Made by a program: the position numbers and the translations under genes
Source of the DNA: an uncultured Pseudomonadales bacterium
GTDB taxonomy: Bacteria; Patescibacteriota; Microgenomatia; UBA1400; PJMF01
DNA length: 64,000 nucleotides
Direction: 5' to 3'
Assembly (NCBI GenBank): GCA_964556485.1
Contig: CAZKVV010000001.1
Span: 148,551-212,550 of the forward strand
Notes under the pieces: model-generated
The model's database searches: none
Seen by the model: the letters and a program-made list of their open reading frames with translations, nothing else
Told to the model about the DNA's origin: nothing
Shown: piece by piece, positions 45,269 to 55,073 of the stretch
Layout of the letters: every line of letters starts with the position of its first letter
Position numbering within the stretch: position 1 is the stretch's first letter

Positions 45269-46504
45269 CAGCAAAATCACAAGTAGAAGTTGGCCTGATT
45301 GCAACGTGTACACGTAGTGATCTAACACAAGCAGCGGCAGGGAAAGTAACGCGGCATATCCTAAAGTCTGCAGCAAAAAATGGTGCGTTTTTTTTGAGTA
45401 CAATTTGTAAACAATTGTAACAATTGTCAGTATCCCTACTAGACCTATTTCTGCCAAGAGTAAGATACCTACATGATGTGCAGGTTGGACAAATCGTACC
45501 ACTTCTTTTGTAGGACTATATTTTTCAACTTGGCTTGTGAACGCACCAACCCCTACTCCTGCAACTGGGTTAGCTACAAACATTTGCCAACCAGCAACAG
45601 ATAAGTATCCTCTTCGAGTAATCGAAGCATTTGAAGTTTTCCAGAATGGCAGCAGGAGTGGCACCACGAGTAATGCCGTCACATACAGTGCGACAATTAG
45701 TTTTCTGGCAGGTTTGTTTTGTAAAAAGAGCCACAACAGGCCAAACATAAAAACGAGCAACGCTGAGAACGATTGAGTGAGGAGTAAACAGCACAAACCT
45801 AGGCCAAGTACTGCGCTATTTGGTTTTGTGCTCAGTTGCAGGTAGATCAACAGATACACTGCAAGGACTCCACCGAGTACGTTGGGATGTGCGGTGGTTC
45901 CGTATGGCAATACTTTTTCTATTCCGCCATGAGTTGTTTTTGCGAGACCTGCAAAGCTGGAAATGTTTGTTTCTCCTAAAAACCAGTAGCCCGCCAGTGA
46001 TTTTTGCATTCCAAATTGGTATATACCTACCAAACTTTGAAGCATGATAGTTGCGGCAACTGCAAAGATCGATACTTTTGATGGTATTTTGGTTTTTAGT
46101 TGCCAAGCTACAGCAAAAAACAGAGTAAATAGTAGTAATTTAGCTAAGAGCCAAACTGACAAAATGGGTATCTGCAGGGTTAGCTGGAATACGCTAAACA
46201 GTACAAAAAAGACTCCACTGATTTGAAATGTTTGATTTTTTAAGAGTCGTTTAAAAGCTGGAATCAGTGTTTTTTTATACACCACCAATCCAACTACAGT
46301 AGCTGCGCCGATCAGAATGTCGGAAAGATACAACTTGGGAAGGAGATAGTCTACTCGAAGTCCATGCACTCGACTATTAACTTCAGTTAGCACTAAAAAT
46401 AAGTTGGTTGGAACCAAAAAAATGACAACGGCTAACAAAATCTCAAAGAATTTTTTCACACCATCAGTATACTGCGCATGCCAAGATTTGCTATACTGTG
46501 CCAA
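45236..46504 (-). CDS. polytopic membrane protein, O-antigen ligase/polymerase-like (Wzy_C-like)
   Basis: 422 aa with about 11 TM segments and a large periplasmic loop. By-eye family assignment only. Confidence 0.45.
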   Translation of the reverse strand: MAQYSKSWHAQYTDGVKKFFEILLAVVIFLVPTNLFLVLTEVNSRVHGLRVDYLLPKLYLSDILIGAATVVGLVVYKKTLIPAFKRLLKNQTFQISGVFFVLFSVFQLTLQIPILSVWLLAKLLLFTLFFAVAWQLKTKIPSKVSIFAVAATIMLQSLVGIYQFGMQKSLAGYWFLGETNISSFAGLAKTTHGGIEKVLPYGTTAHPNVLGGVLAVYLLIYLQLSTKPNSAVLGLGLCCLLLTQSFSALLVFMFGLLWLFLQNKPARKLIVALYVTALLVVPLLLPFWKTSNASITRRGYLSVAGWQMFVANPVAGVGVGAFTSQVEKYSPTKEVVRFVQPAHHVGILLLAEIGLVGILTIVTIVYKLYSKKTHHFLLQTLGYAALLSLPLLVLDHYVYTLQSGQLLLVILLLWCGRRSETW

Positions 46505-48473
46505 CTAAGCTGGCATTGTGTGCAGTTTGGACTGCAGATACGACGGCTTTGCGAATGGTTTCAATTTCAGCGGCGGTAAGTGATTTTTCTGCATGCCAAT
46601 ACGTAAGTGAAAAAGTATAGTTCTGATTATATACACTTGCAAGTCGTACTCCAGTAATCTGTGAGTCTGCGCCCCTCAGAGTTGCTAGAACCGGTCCAAC
46701 GGGGATTTGCTCGGGCAGTGTGAAGGTGAGATCTTCTTTTACTTCTGGAGTCTTTGGAATGCTTTTGTATGAAGGATGAGATTTGGCAACTTGTTGCAAA
46801 GCAGCGAGTGAAAGCTCAATTGCTGCTTGTCCACCTCGCAAAAAGTGGATGGTACCCAGGATTGTTGTATCAACCCATACTTCACCAGATTGACTTGCCA
46901 GCCTGGTACTTTCTTGCAGCGGCACAATACGCAGCTGCTCTGGGGTAATAAAGAACTGACTAAGCAGTGACTCGAGGGTTCCGCGCACCTCTCGATATGG
47001 TTTGGCACTCAAAAGTGTGAGATAGAGTTCCTGTGCAGGTAATTCTCCAGCAATTGGATGGTACGCATGAGCTAACTCAAAAAATTGTAAGCCTGCAGTT
47101 CCTGAATTCTGTTCAAGAATTTCGAGCAATGAAGGAATCAGTGATCGGCGAAGGTAGACGCGATCTTCAGTAAGTGGATTTTGCAATTTGAGGTGACTTT
47201 CGAGTGTGTGACCAGATTGTTGTGCAATAATATCACTCACCATCGAGTAGGAATAGAGTTCTTGCCACCCAAGGTCAACCAAAAAGTGCTTAATGCGACC
47301 TTCAAATACAAAGTCTGTAGTAGATTGTCGAATAATAGGAATTGCCGTATCCATTAGCTTACTCGGCAAATTGTGATAGCCATAAATGCGTGCAATTTCT
47401 TCGATAATGTCAGCAGCAATGGCAATATCTGGACGAAACGTTGGTGGTGTGACAACTAGTGTTTCGCCATTTAATTCAACCGCGCACTCAAGAGTTCCAA
47501 GAATAGTTTTAATCTGTTGTTTTTCTAATAAAATTCCGAGGTAATCTGATACTCTTTGCAGAGTTACTGTAACGGGTTGTGGTGCCGTGTTACCTGGAAA
47601 ATCATCATAGAGTTTGCTCGCAATGGTCGCGTGGCACAGTTCTCGGTAGAGTTCTGCCCCACGTTTTATGACAAGTTCTGCTAAGTTGGCATCAACATTT
47701 TTTTCACTTAGTTGGGCTGCAACGGTACGAATCGCATGAGTCATACTGGCGTACCTCACCTTTTGCGCATCGAGTGTTTCCGCCCATAGCAGTACATTTT
47801 TAGTTGTCTCAGAGATTGATGTGTTTGCTGTTCCCTTAATTGCTGGTAGGTCGATAATAGCACCAACTGGATTTTTAAAGACTACTTCTCCGCCAACTGT
47901 TTGGTACTCTGTGCCATCGAGCGTGGTAAATGTTTCACCTGGGCGGGCTTCAGTCACTGTAATTTCACCGCCTAGTTCCATGACTTTGTCATAGTCAAAA
48001 GCGTGACAGGGATGGCCAAGCTCATGAGTGATGTAGTTGGTAATATCGATAACACTATCGTGAACATTCTGGTCGGTTTGTGTTAGTCGCGCAGCCATCC
48101 AGCTTGGAGTTGGTGTGCGTTGTACATCTTTTAGTACGATACAGACTACTCGTTTACACAGTGCTGCATTTTGGACAATTGTGGGCAATGGCAGCTCAGT
48201 GGTCATCGAAACATCGTACTGTGGTAATGGTTTGAGTGATGATGGTAGTCCAGCTTGTGTCAAAATCACTGCTGCCTCTCTGGCAATGCCACGCACGGAC
48301 ATGCTGTCAACGCGGTTGGTTGTGACTTCGATATCGTAGACAGACTCGCCTTCTCTGTCGTAAATTCGTTCGACCGAGGGTCCAGAAAGTGATAGCTGTT
48401 TTTGAATTTCATCTGGTGTTGCTGCAGTATCTAGGTGTTCGAGGAGCCATGAGTGTGGAATAAGTATGTTCAT
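46491..48473 (-). CDS. pheT: phenylalanine--tRNA ligase beta subunit
   Basis: MNILIPHSWLLEHLDTAATPDEIQKQLSLSGPSVE N-terminus, B3/B4 and catalytic-like domains. 660 aa. Confidence 0.9.
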   Translation of the reverse strand: MNILIPHSWLLEHLDTAATPDEIQKQLSLSGPSVERIYDREGESVYDIEVTTNRVDSMSVRGIAREAAVILTQAGLPSSLKPLPQYDVSMTTELPLPTIVQNAALCKRVVCIVLKDVQRTPTPSWMAARLTQTDQNVHDSVIDITNYITHELGHPCHAFDYDKVMELGGEITVTEARPGETFTTLDGTEYQTVGGEVVFKNPVGAIIDLPAIKGTANTSISETTKNVLLWAETLDAQKVRYASMTHAIRTVAAQLSEKNVDANLAELVIKRGAELYRELCHATIASKLYDDFPGNTAPQPVTVTLQRVSDYLGILLEKQQIKTILGTLECAVELNGETLVVTPPTFRPDIAIAADIIEEIARIYGYHNLPSKLMDTAIPIIRQSTTDFVFEGRIKHFLVDLGWQELYSYSMVSDIIAQQSGHTLESHLKLQNPLTEDRVYLRRSLIPSLLEILEQNSGTAGLQFFELAHAYHPIAGELPAQELYLTLLSAKPYREVRGTLESLLSQFFITPEQLRIVPLQESTRLASQSGEVWVDTTILGTIHFLRGGQAAIELSLAALQQVAKSHPSYKSIPKTPEVKEDLTFTLPEQIPVGPVLATLRGADSQITGVRLASVYNQNYTFSLTYWHAEKSLTAAEIETIRKAVVSAVQTAHNASLVGTV

Positions 48474-48492
48474 AGGTATCTTTCAGAATGCA

Positions 48493-49557
48493 TTAAAATT
48501 GTCGTAAGAATCGTAAATCTCCACTATAGAGTAGTCTAATGTCGTCGAGATTGAGGCCTTCTTTGAGAGTGTAGGTTCTTTCAACTCCCCAACCAAACGC
48601 AAATCCGGTGTATTCTTCTGGGTCTATTCCTCCAGCTTTGAGAACATTTGGGTGTACCATGCCGGCGCCACCAACTTCATGCCATCCTGACTTGCAGAAA
48701 CGACACTTGGTTTTTTCAGTCTCAAGATATCCTGTTCCATTGCAGATATGACAGGAAAAGTCGACTTCGAATGAAGGTTCGGTAAATTGAAAATGAAAAG
48801 GTCTGATACGAGATTTGGTGCCGGGACCATAAAATTGTTCCGCAAAGTAATCTAATGTTCCCTTGAGATGTTGAATAGTAATGCCTTTGTCGACAACTAG
48901 GCCTTCGAACTGATGAAACATTTGTGTGTGTGTCGCGTCTTGTTGCCTTCGATAGCAGCGAGCGATGTTAATCATGCGAATGGGTGGCGTGGCATTGAGT
49001 CGCTCCATTTCACGAACTTGGCCATTTGAGGTGTGAGTAGTGAGGACCATTTTGCCTTTATCACTAGATTCTGGAGCATCAATAAAGAATGTTTCCCATT
49101 CATCACGGGCTGGATGACTTTTTGGCATATTTAAAGATTCGAATACATACCAATCCCAGTCGACTTCAGGATAGCGGACGCGGGTAAAGCCAATTTGTTC
49201 AAAAATATGTGTAATTTCTTCCATGGCTTGTGAGACAGGATGCATGTGACCAACCTCAGGCTGAATTCCGGGAATAGTAAGATCTACCCAGGTTTGTGTT
49301 TGCGCAAGCTGGTTTGATTTTTCAGCTACAAGAGTCTCAAGTTGCTGTTTAGTGGTGTTGAGAACAGCGCCAGCTTCTTTTCTGTCTTGAACTTCTAAAT
49401 CAGTAATTTGTTTAGATAGTACCGTAAAGCTGCCTTTTTTTCCTAGAAATGAAACACTGCATTTCTCTACATCTGCACTTGAAAGACATGTGCTGAGTAT
49501 AGATGTTAATGTACTGACGAGTATTTGGAGCTGTTGGGTGTATTCCTGAAGTGTCAT
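48493..49557 (-). CDS. pheS: phenylalanine--tRNA ligase alpha subunit
   Basis: Class II motifs (FRPSYFPFTEPS-like: RIRPFHFQFTEPSFEVD) and GWGVERTY (motif 3). Confidence 0.9.
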   Translation of the reverse strand: MTLQEYTQQLQILVSTLTSILSTCLSSADVEKCSVSFLGKKGSFTVLSKQITDLEVQDRKEAGAVLNTTKQQLETLVAEKSNQLAQTQTWVDLTIPGIQPEVGHMHPVSQAMEEITHIFEQIGFTRVRYPEVDWDWYVFESLNMPKSHPARDEWETFFIDAPESSDKGKMVLTTHTSNGQVREMERLNATPPIRMINIARCYRRQQDATHTQMFHQFEGLVVDKGITIQHLKGTLDYFAEQFYGPGTKSRIRPFHFQFTEPSFEVDFSCHICNGTGYLETEKTKCRFCKSGWHEVGGAGMVHPNVLKAGGIDPEEYTGFAFGWGVERTYTLKEGLNLDDIRLLYSGDLRFLRQF

Positions 49558-49612
49558 GGTAAGTCCTTATTCTACCTCTTTTTTATTTCCTATGTTAGTT
49601 GTGCGCCTGATA

Positions 49613-49637
49613 TTAAAAAACCCCGCATGGTGCGGGG
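49613..49637 (-). terminator. Rho-independent terminator between rplT and pheS
   Basis: Minus strand reads CCCCGCA-CCA-TGCGGGG followed by TTTTTT. Confidence 0.6.
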
Positions 49638-49666
49638 TCTTTCGTTTTCATTTGTTAGATGTTCGT

Positions 49667-50023
49667 TTAGTTTCCACGCACTTTTGATACGATGGTTTTA
49701 AACGAAGCAAAGTCTGCAATTGCAATTTCAGATAACATCTTGCGGTTAAGCTGAACGTTAGCTTTCTTCATTGCATTGAGGAATCTTGAATAGTTGAGTG
49801 TTGCATCAACTTCTTTAAGAGCAGCACTGATACGGACAATCCATAACTGGCGCATGTCTCTCTTACGAAGTTTGCGACCAATATAGGCATACTCACCTGC
49901 GTGCAATAATGCTTCTTTTGCGCGCTTGTATAGTCTGCTATTAGCACCTCTAAAGCCTTTGGTAAGTCCCAAAACTTTTTTGTGCCTTCTTTTTCTAGTG
50001 AAACCTGATTTTACTCTGGACAT
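49667..50023 (-). CDS. rplT: 50S ribosomal protein L20
   Basis: MSRVKSGFTRKRRHKKVLGLTKGFRGANSRLYKRAKEA. Confidence 0.95.
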   Translation of the reverse strand: MSRVKSGFTRKRRHKKVLGLTKGFRGANSRLYKRAKEALLHAGEYAYIGRKLRKRDMRQLWIVRISAALKEVDATLNYSRFLNAMKKANVQLNRKMLSEIAIADFASFKTIVSKVRGN

Positions 50024-50045
50024 TGTATCTTTCTACTTTTTGGTG

Positions 50046-50249
50046 TTAAGCCATTCCAAGCATACGCTTGATCTTGCGGGCCCACTTGCCAGTTACTTCA
50101 ATTGGAATACCATAAGCTCTAATAGTTTTTTTACTTTTAATTCTTCGACGGTGTCGCATGTTTTGTGAACGTCTAAGAACTTTACCGGTAGCGGTAATTT
50201 TAAAACGTTTTTCAACACCAGATCTAGTTTTTTGTTTTATCTTTTTCAT
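50046..50249 (-). CDS. rpmI: 50S ribosomal protein L35
   Basis: MKKIKQKTRSGVEKRFKITATGKVLRRSQNMRHRRR. Confidence 0.9.
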   Translation of the reverse strand: MKKIKQKTRSGVEKRFKITATGKVLRRSQNMRHRRRIKSKKTIRAYGIPIEVTGKWARKIKRMLGMA

Positions 50250-50261
50250 GAGCGCCTCTCT

Positions 50262-50801
50262 TTATTTTTTCACCGGCATTAACTGAGCCATAAGTTTTTT
50301 GCCCAGTAACTTTGGTGCCACTTCGACTGTGGATCTATCAGCTGTTCTGCTAATTACCTTTTCGAAGATGTCATATCCAAACTCTTTTTTTGTAATTGCT
50401 CTACCTTTAAACTGCAAGGAAAGCCTGACCTTATCTCCTTTTTCAAGGAATTTAAATACTTTGTTTAAACGAGCCTCGAAGTCACCATCGCCCATAAAGG
50501 GAGAAAAACGAACTTCTTTAATATCCTGTATCTTAGCGTTTTTGCGATTTTGTGCTTCACGCTGTTGTAGCTGATATTTGTATTTTGCGAGTTCAATAAT
50601 CTTAACAATCGGTGGTGCAGCATTACCACTCACCATTACTAAGTCTTTATCCTCAGCTCGGGCAAGACGAAGTGCTTCTTCTCTACTCATTATCCCAAGC
50701 ATCTCTTTGTGTTCGGATAAGACTCTGACTTCTGAAGCGAAAATGCGCTCGTTAGCAACAATACGTTGCTTAGTTTGTTGATTCGAGTTGTATTTATTCA
50801 C
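50262..50801 (-). CDS. infC: translation initiation factor IF-3
   Basis: IF-3 N and C domains (RIVANERIFASEVRVL...; KEVRFSPFMGDGDFEARLNKVFKFLEKGDKV). Classic infC-rpmI-rplT-pheST order. Confidence 0.9.
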   Translation of the reverse strand: MNKYNSNQQTKQRIVANERIFASEVRVLSEHKEMLGIMSREEALRLARAEDKDLVMVSGNAAPPIVKIIELAKYKYQLQQREAQNRKNAKIQDIKEVRFSPFMGDGDFEARLNKVFKFLEKGDKVRLSLQFKGRAITKKEFGYDIFEKVISRTADRSTVEVAPKLLGKKLMAQLMPVKK

Positions 50802-50869
50802 GAGTCTTAGTACTTATCTTTCCACAAATAGATTTGTATTCTACAACAGCAGTTGAAAAAACAAAAGGG

Positions 50870-50943
50870 TGAACTCGAGAGGACTCGAACCTCTGACCTC
50901 TTCGATGTCAACGAAGCGCTCTAACCAACTGAGCTACGAGTTC
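50870..50943 (-). tRNA. tRNA-Val (anticodon GAC)
   Basis: Reverse complement is GAACTCGTAGCTCAGTTGGTTAGAGCGCTTCGTTGACATCGAAGAGGTCAGAGGTTCGAGTCCTCTCGAGTTCA. Anticodon loop UUGACAU. CCA not fully encoded. Confidence 0.8.
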
Positions 50944-50981
50944 AAGATTGTCTCAACTAGGCAGGAGGATTATATCAGAAC

Positions 50982-51653
50982 TTAGCCGCCAGAGTAAGTG
51001 CTTGATCGCTCATGGTGCATCATGTCAAACACTGTCTTGGTTTGTTCATGTGCTTGGCCCACGATTTGTAATCCAGCACCGCTGCGCTTTTGTTTTTTGC
51101 TTTGTTTAGTATGAAATTGTGTTGCCCAGGTGCGAGCACTATGAATTTTTTGTCTGAGCAACATGATGAAGTGACGAAGTTCTCTGAAAAAAGTAAGGTA
51201 ATATTTACCAGTTTGACCTGGATGTGCAACTTCAGATTGCAGAGTAACTTCAATTTCTTTATGGAATGCTCCTACTTCTTTTGAAAGTAATTTTAGTTCC
51301 GCTCTTAGCTGATCGATTTCTCTTTTAACCTGTTTTTCTCTCGCATCATACACTGCGTGCATATCAACCGGATTAACTTGATCATGCAATTTTTTGCGTA
51401 GCATCTCTTTTTTTTGCTGTTTTTCAAGTAACGCTCGCTGCTGTTCTTGCCACTCGGTATTTGTTGTTGTGTCTTGGGGTAATTGACCGCCTGTGCGCGC
51501 CAAGGCTTCACTAAATGGATTTAGAGGGGTTTCGGCAAGTTGTTGTGAACCGCTATACGTTTTTTCAGTTTCAGCCAATGCACGAGCGAACGGATTAACG
51601 CTGCCGCTTGTACTTGTAGAACCCTGTGGTGTTTTTTTATGTCCTGCTTGCAT
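50982..51653 (-). CDS. hypothetical protein (NPF-x-ALA repeats at the N-terminus, coiled-coil centre)
   Basis: 223-aa ORF with no recognisable motif. Promoter region carries two CCTATAA(C/T)T motifs. Confidence 0.45.
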   Translation of the reverse strand: MQAGHKKTPQGSTSTSGSVNPFARALAETEKTYSGSQQLAETPLNPFSEALARTGGQLPQDTTTNTEWQEQQRALLEKQQKKEMLRKKLHDQVNPVDMHAVYDAREKQVKREIDQLRAELKLLSKEVGAFHKEIEVTLQSEVAHPGQTGKYYLTFFRELRHFIMLLRQKIHSARTWATQFHTKQSKKQKRSGAGLQIVGQAHEQTKTVFDMMHHERSSTYSGG

Positions 51654-51761
51654 TTCTTATGTTGCATCTTTCTCAAGATGAGAAATTTTCTAATTATAGG
51701 ACCTATATGTCGAAAAGTCAACAAGATTTTCTCAAGTGATCAGAGTTTGCAAAAAATGCAG

Positions 51762-52685
51762 TTATAGGCTCAGAAGATAGTCGGCCACTTTTTGCCTGAG
51801 CAATGTTTCGGTAAGCATTGATTGATAGCGAGGATCTGCCATTTGTTGTGATTTGAGCTTTTCATCAGTTGTTTTTTCAATCACAGCTTCGATTTCTTTG
51901 TTAGTAACTGTTAGTTTTTGTTCTTCGGCTACTGCGCTTATGATGAATGTTGCTTGTAATCGAGCTAAAGCGCCAGCTGCTAACTCAGTTGAAAGTTGGT
52001 CAAAAGTCATCTTTCTACCTTCAAGAAACTTTTCAAAGGTAATATTGAGCTGTTGCAGTCTGCGGGCGATGTTATCTAGGTCGTATCGGGTTTCTTCTTT
52101 CACTAACAACTCTGCTATTTGAGGTTTGACAGTGGTAATTAACTCTTGATAGATGGTTTGCAATACATGCTCTCGCTTTTGTGGTTCGGTAATTTCATGA
52201 GGATGATCGTGCTTTTCACCATTCTTTATTGCTTCTTCGACATGTTTTTTCATTTCAACTTGTTGTTTTTCAAGTTCTGCTGCAGCTTTTTTCTTTGCAT
52301 CTTTTACAGTTTTCGTGTAGTTGCCAAGCTTTATTTCTGGCTTTTCGGCAATATGCACTTCAAGTTTCCAATCTTCTTCTTTGTTCAAAGATACTGGTTT
52401 AAATTCTGGGTAAGTTAGAGGATGTTTTTTTTCGGATTCAATGAGTCTTTGATACAAATCTGGAACTACTTGTTGGAGTGCTTCTTCAATAATCTTTTCT
52501 GATCCTAGTAGCTCTTCTGCAACCTGCGTAGGCACTTTGCCTTTTCTAAATCCAGCGGTTTTAACACCAACACTCAGCTTTGCCAAACTTTTCTTGTAAG
52601 CTTTGGTAGCTTGCTCTTTTGGGATGATGAGAGTCAAAATGGTGTTAGGAATAATGAGGGGTTGATCTTGTTTCTTTTCTGTCAT
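51762..52685 (-). CDS. tig: trigger factor (short form)
   Basis: GFRKGKVP ribosome-binding signature in the N-domain. 307 aa versus about 430 typical; the PPIase domain is probably reduced. Confidence 0.65.
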   Translation of the reverse strand: MTEKKQDQPLIIPNTILTLIIPKEQATKAYKKSLAKLSVGVKTAGFRKGKVPTQVAEELLGSEKIIEEALQQVVPDLYQRLIESEKKHPLTYPEFKPVSLNKEEDWKLEVHIAEKPEIKLGNYTKTVKDAKKKAAAELEKQQVEMKKHVEEAIKNGEKHDHPHEITEPQKREHVLQTIYQELITTVKPQIAELLVKEETRYDLDNIARRLQQLNITFEKFLEGRKMTFDQLSTELAAGALARLQATFIISAVAEEQKLTVTNKEIEAVIEKTTDEKLKSQQMADPRYQSMLTETLLRQKVADYLLSL

Positions 52686-52781
52686 AGGGGTGCATTATAC
52701 CTCAGACTCTTTGATCTACAAAAGCTTAAGTGAAAATGCTATACTCACACCTTGTTACAACTACAAAATAAGGAACGTTAC

Positions 52782-53600
52782 ATGCCTCAAAAAGTACTAT
52801 TACACCACATTGATGATTACGCTCCAGGAGGACTTGAGTTTGCAGAAATTGACACACGTTTATATAGCAAATTAGCACAACCACATGAGGTGCTCATCCA
52901 TGATGTTTCGGTTCCCTCTCTAGATACGGTTGCTTTGGGGTTCGTCACCTCACAGCTTGCATATGCGGATTTTGATGGCAGAATGGTGATTTATGGCAAT
53001 TGTGCCCCAAGAAGAAGTTCTGAGCGCGCGCAACTTAATAATATTGATCATGGGATTAAGTACGCTAAGTTAAAAAATGGTGTTGAGATTATTAATGTGT
53101 GGTCCGAGCATGCTTTTGGCTTTGTAAAGCAGGATATTGTGGAATTTAGAGATTTAAACTGTCCAAACTCTGGTTCTCAATTTCGATCGCGTGATTTTTT
53201 CCCCATTGTGGTAGCTCAAATTGTAAATGGGGATTACTCGGCTTTTGGTAAGGAATTACATGTGGATGATATTCCAGAGATTCCAAATAATATCGTTGCT
53301 TGGACTGATGGCTTTGGAAATATCAAAACTACAATGCGAATGTCAGATCTTAAGGAAATGGGTCTTAACCCAGGAGACAAAGTACAGGTAATCATGAATG
53401 GCGTTTCGATGATTGGAGTGATGTCTATAGGTGGCTTTCAGGTCGATCGAGGGGTGTTGGCAGTTAATGCTGGCTCTTCTGGTTATGCTAATCCCTTTAT
53501 TGAATTGTTCTTACGTGTGCATAAAATTTCTGAGAGAACTGCTGCTGTGCGATTTGACTACCCAGTTGGTGGCACCGAGTTTGTGATTAAGCAGTTGTAA
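52782..53600 (+). CDS. SAM hydroxide adenosyltransferase family protein (DUF62, chlorinase/fluorinase-like SAM hydrolase)
   Basis: Start at MPQKVLLHHIDDYAPGG (AAGGA RBS). C-terminal WTDGFGNIKTTM matches the IDxFGNxITN signature. Confidence 0.65.
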   Translation: MPQKVLLHHIDDYAPGGLEFAEIDTRLYSKLAQPHEVLIHDVSVPSLDTVALGFVTSQLAYADFDGRMVIYGNCAPRRSSERAQLNNIDHGIKYAKLKNGVEIINVWSEHAFGFVKQDIVEFRDLNCPNSGSQFRSRDFFPIVVAQIVNGDYSAFGKELHVDDIPEIPNNIVAWTDGFGNIKTTMRMSDLKEMGLNPGDKVQVIMNGVSMIGVMSIGGFQVDRGVLAVNAGSSGYANPFIELFLRVHKISERTAAVRFDYPVGGTEFVIKQL

Positions 53601-53756
53601 GATTGAGGCAAAATTGGATATCACCTTGCTTGAACAATAATTGGCTGTAAATTTATTGCTATAGGATATTATAGCTTACTGTTTTACTACCTCTCATTGG
53701 GAGAGGTTTAGGATTTTGGGATTTACGTTGATAATCCTAGGCTTTTTTCGTTTGTG

Positions 53757-53830
53757 AGGCACGAACGGGATTCGAACCCGTGAACGAAGGTTTTGCAGAC
53801 CTTGCCATTAGACCGCTCTGGTATCGTGCC
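53757..53830 (-). tRNA. tRNA-Cys (anticodon GCA)
   Basis: Reverse complement is GGCACGATACCAGAGCGGTCTAATGGCAAGGTCTGCAAAACCTTCGTTCACGGGTTCGAATCCCGTTCGTGCCT. Loop CUGCAAA. Discriminator U73, typical of tRNA-Cys. Confidence 0.8.
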
Positions 53831-53912
53831 ATGTACGGTGCAATTATACAGTACCTTGGTAGTGTTTCATCAACAATTTGTAATTAGTTTTGTCTGGTAT
53901 ACTATACACTCC

Positions 53913-55073
53913 ATGAAAAAGAAGAAAACCTATTATATCCATACTTTTGGTTGTCAGTCTAACAAATCTGATTCGGAGCGTATTGCTGGCGATTATGCAG
54001 CACGAGGATATGAAGAAGCTAAGAATTGGAAAAATTGTGACGAGCTAGTCATTAATACATGTGCAGTAAGACAACGTGCCGAAGATAGAGCGCGTGGATT
54101 TTTACACGCGGTGGTGGTGTACTTTCACGAGAATAGTCTGCCCAGACCAAAGCTTATCCTCACTGGATGTATGGTTCATCATGGCAATGAACAACTCTAC
54201 AAAATGATGCCGATGATTGATGAGATTCTCCCGATTAATGAGGTGGGGTTTAATCAGTCGACAGTTCGAAAAGATCAAAACCATGCTTGGATTCCTATTT
54301 CTGTAGGTTGTAACTCATTTTGTACCTACTGTATTGTCCCCTATTCTCGAGGTCGCGAAAAATCTCGAGCATTTGATGACATCATGACTGAAGTGACTGA
54401 TTTAGTTTCAAAAGGATACACAGAAATTACGCTCCTCGGCATGAATGTGAATTCTTGGGGACTTGAAAAGCTGGGAATTGGATTTAGAAAACTCTTGATG
54501 GAAAAGAAAGAGTTTACTAGAGAAGATTTGCCAGATAACCAGTCGCAGTATTTAACACCAACGGGCATCCCACCGTTTGTAAAACTATTGCAAGCAGTGA
54601 CTGACTTTCCTGAAATTAAAAAAGTACGTTTTATGAGTAGTAATCCATGGGATTTCCATGACGAACTTATTGCAGAAATTGGCGTCAATAAAAAAATTGA
54701 TCGCTATATTCATTTACCCATCCAATCTGGAAGTGATGCAGTTTTGTATCGAATGAACCGTGGGTACACGATTAAGCGATATCAAGAGGTTGTTGAAAAA
54801 CTACGTGCTGCTGACCCCAAAATTGTGATCGGTACCGACATAGTAGTGGGATTTGCGGGTGAAACAGAGGCTGAGTTTAATGAAACCGTCGAGTTTGCCC
54901 AAAAAATTGATTGGAAAGTTGGGTTTGTCGCCATTTACTCTCCTCGCCCTGGCACGGCGAGTTGGAGAATCTACCCTGATGACATTCCGCATGCAGAAAA
55001 AAAACGTCGTTGGGAAGTGTTGGATCAAATCATTAATAAGGACAATTTGTCTGTTCGTCCATATGTTGTGTAA
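53913..55073 (+). CDS. miaB: tRNA-i6A37 methylthiotransferase MiaB (apparently lacking the C-terminal TRAM domain)
   Basis: Start at MKKKKTYYIHTFGCQSNKSDSE (MTTase N-domain Cys); radical-SAM CxxxCxxC (CNSFCTYC). Ends about 50 aa earlier than typical MiaB. Confidence 0.85.
   Translation: MKKKKTYYIHTFGCQSNKSDSERIAGDYAARGYEEAKNWKNCDELVINTCAVRQRAEDRARGFLHAVVVYFHENSLPRPKLILTGCMVHHGNEQLYKMMPMIDEILPINEVGFNQSTVRKDQNHAWIPISVGCNSFCTYCIVPYSRGREKSRAFDDIMTEVTDLVSKGYTEITLLGMNVNSWGLEKLGIGFRKLLMEKKEFTREDLPDNQSQYLTPTGIPPFVKLLQAVTDFPEIKKVRFMSSNPWDFHDELIAEIGVNKKIDRYIHLPIQSGSDAVLYRMNRGYTIKRYQEVVEKLRAADPKIVIGTDIVVGFAGETEAEFNETVEFAQKIDWKVGFVAIYSPRPGTASWRIYPDDIPHAEKKRRWEVLDQIINKDNLSVRPYVV

Noticed and set aside
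53650-53750. Two hairpins (CCTCTC-ATTGG-GAGAGG and TAGGATT...AATCCTA) after the SAM hydrolase gene, considered as an ncRNA
   Set aside because: Most simply explained as tandem intrinsic terminators ahead of the convergent tRNA-Cys. No conserved ncRNA motif recognised.
53793-53912. N-terminal 40 codons of the 426-aa ORF preceding miaB
   Set aside because: They overlap the minus-strand tRNA-Cys and lack an RBS. The conserved MiaB N-terminus begins at the MKKKK start at 53913.
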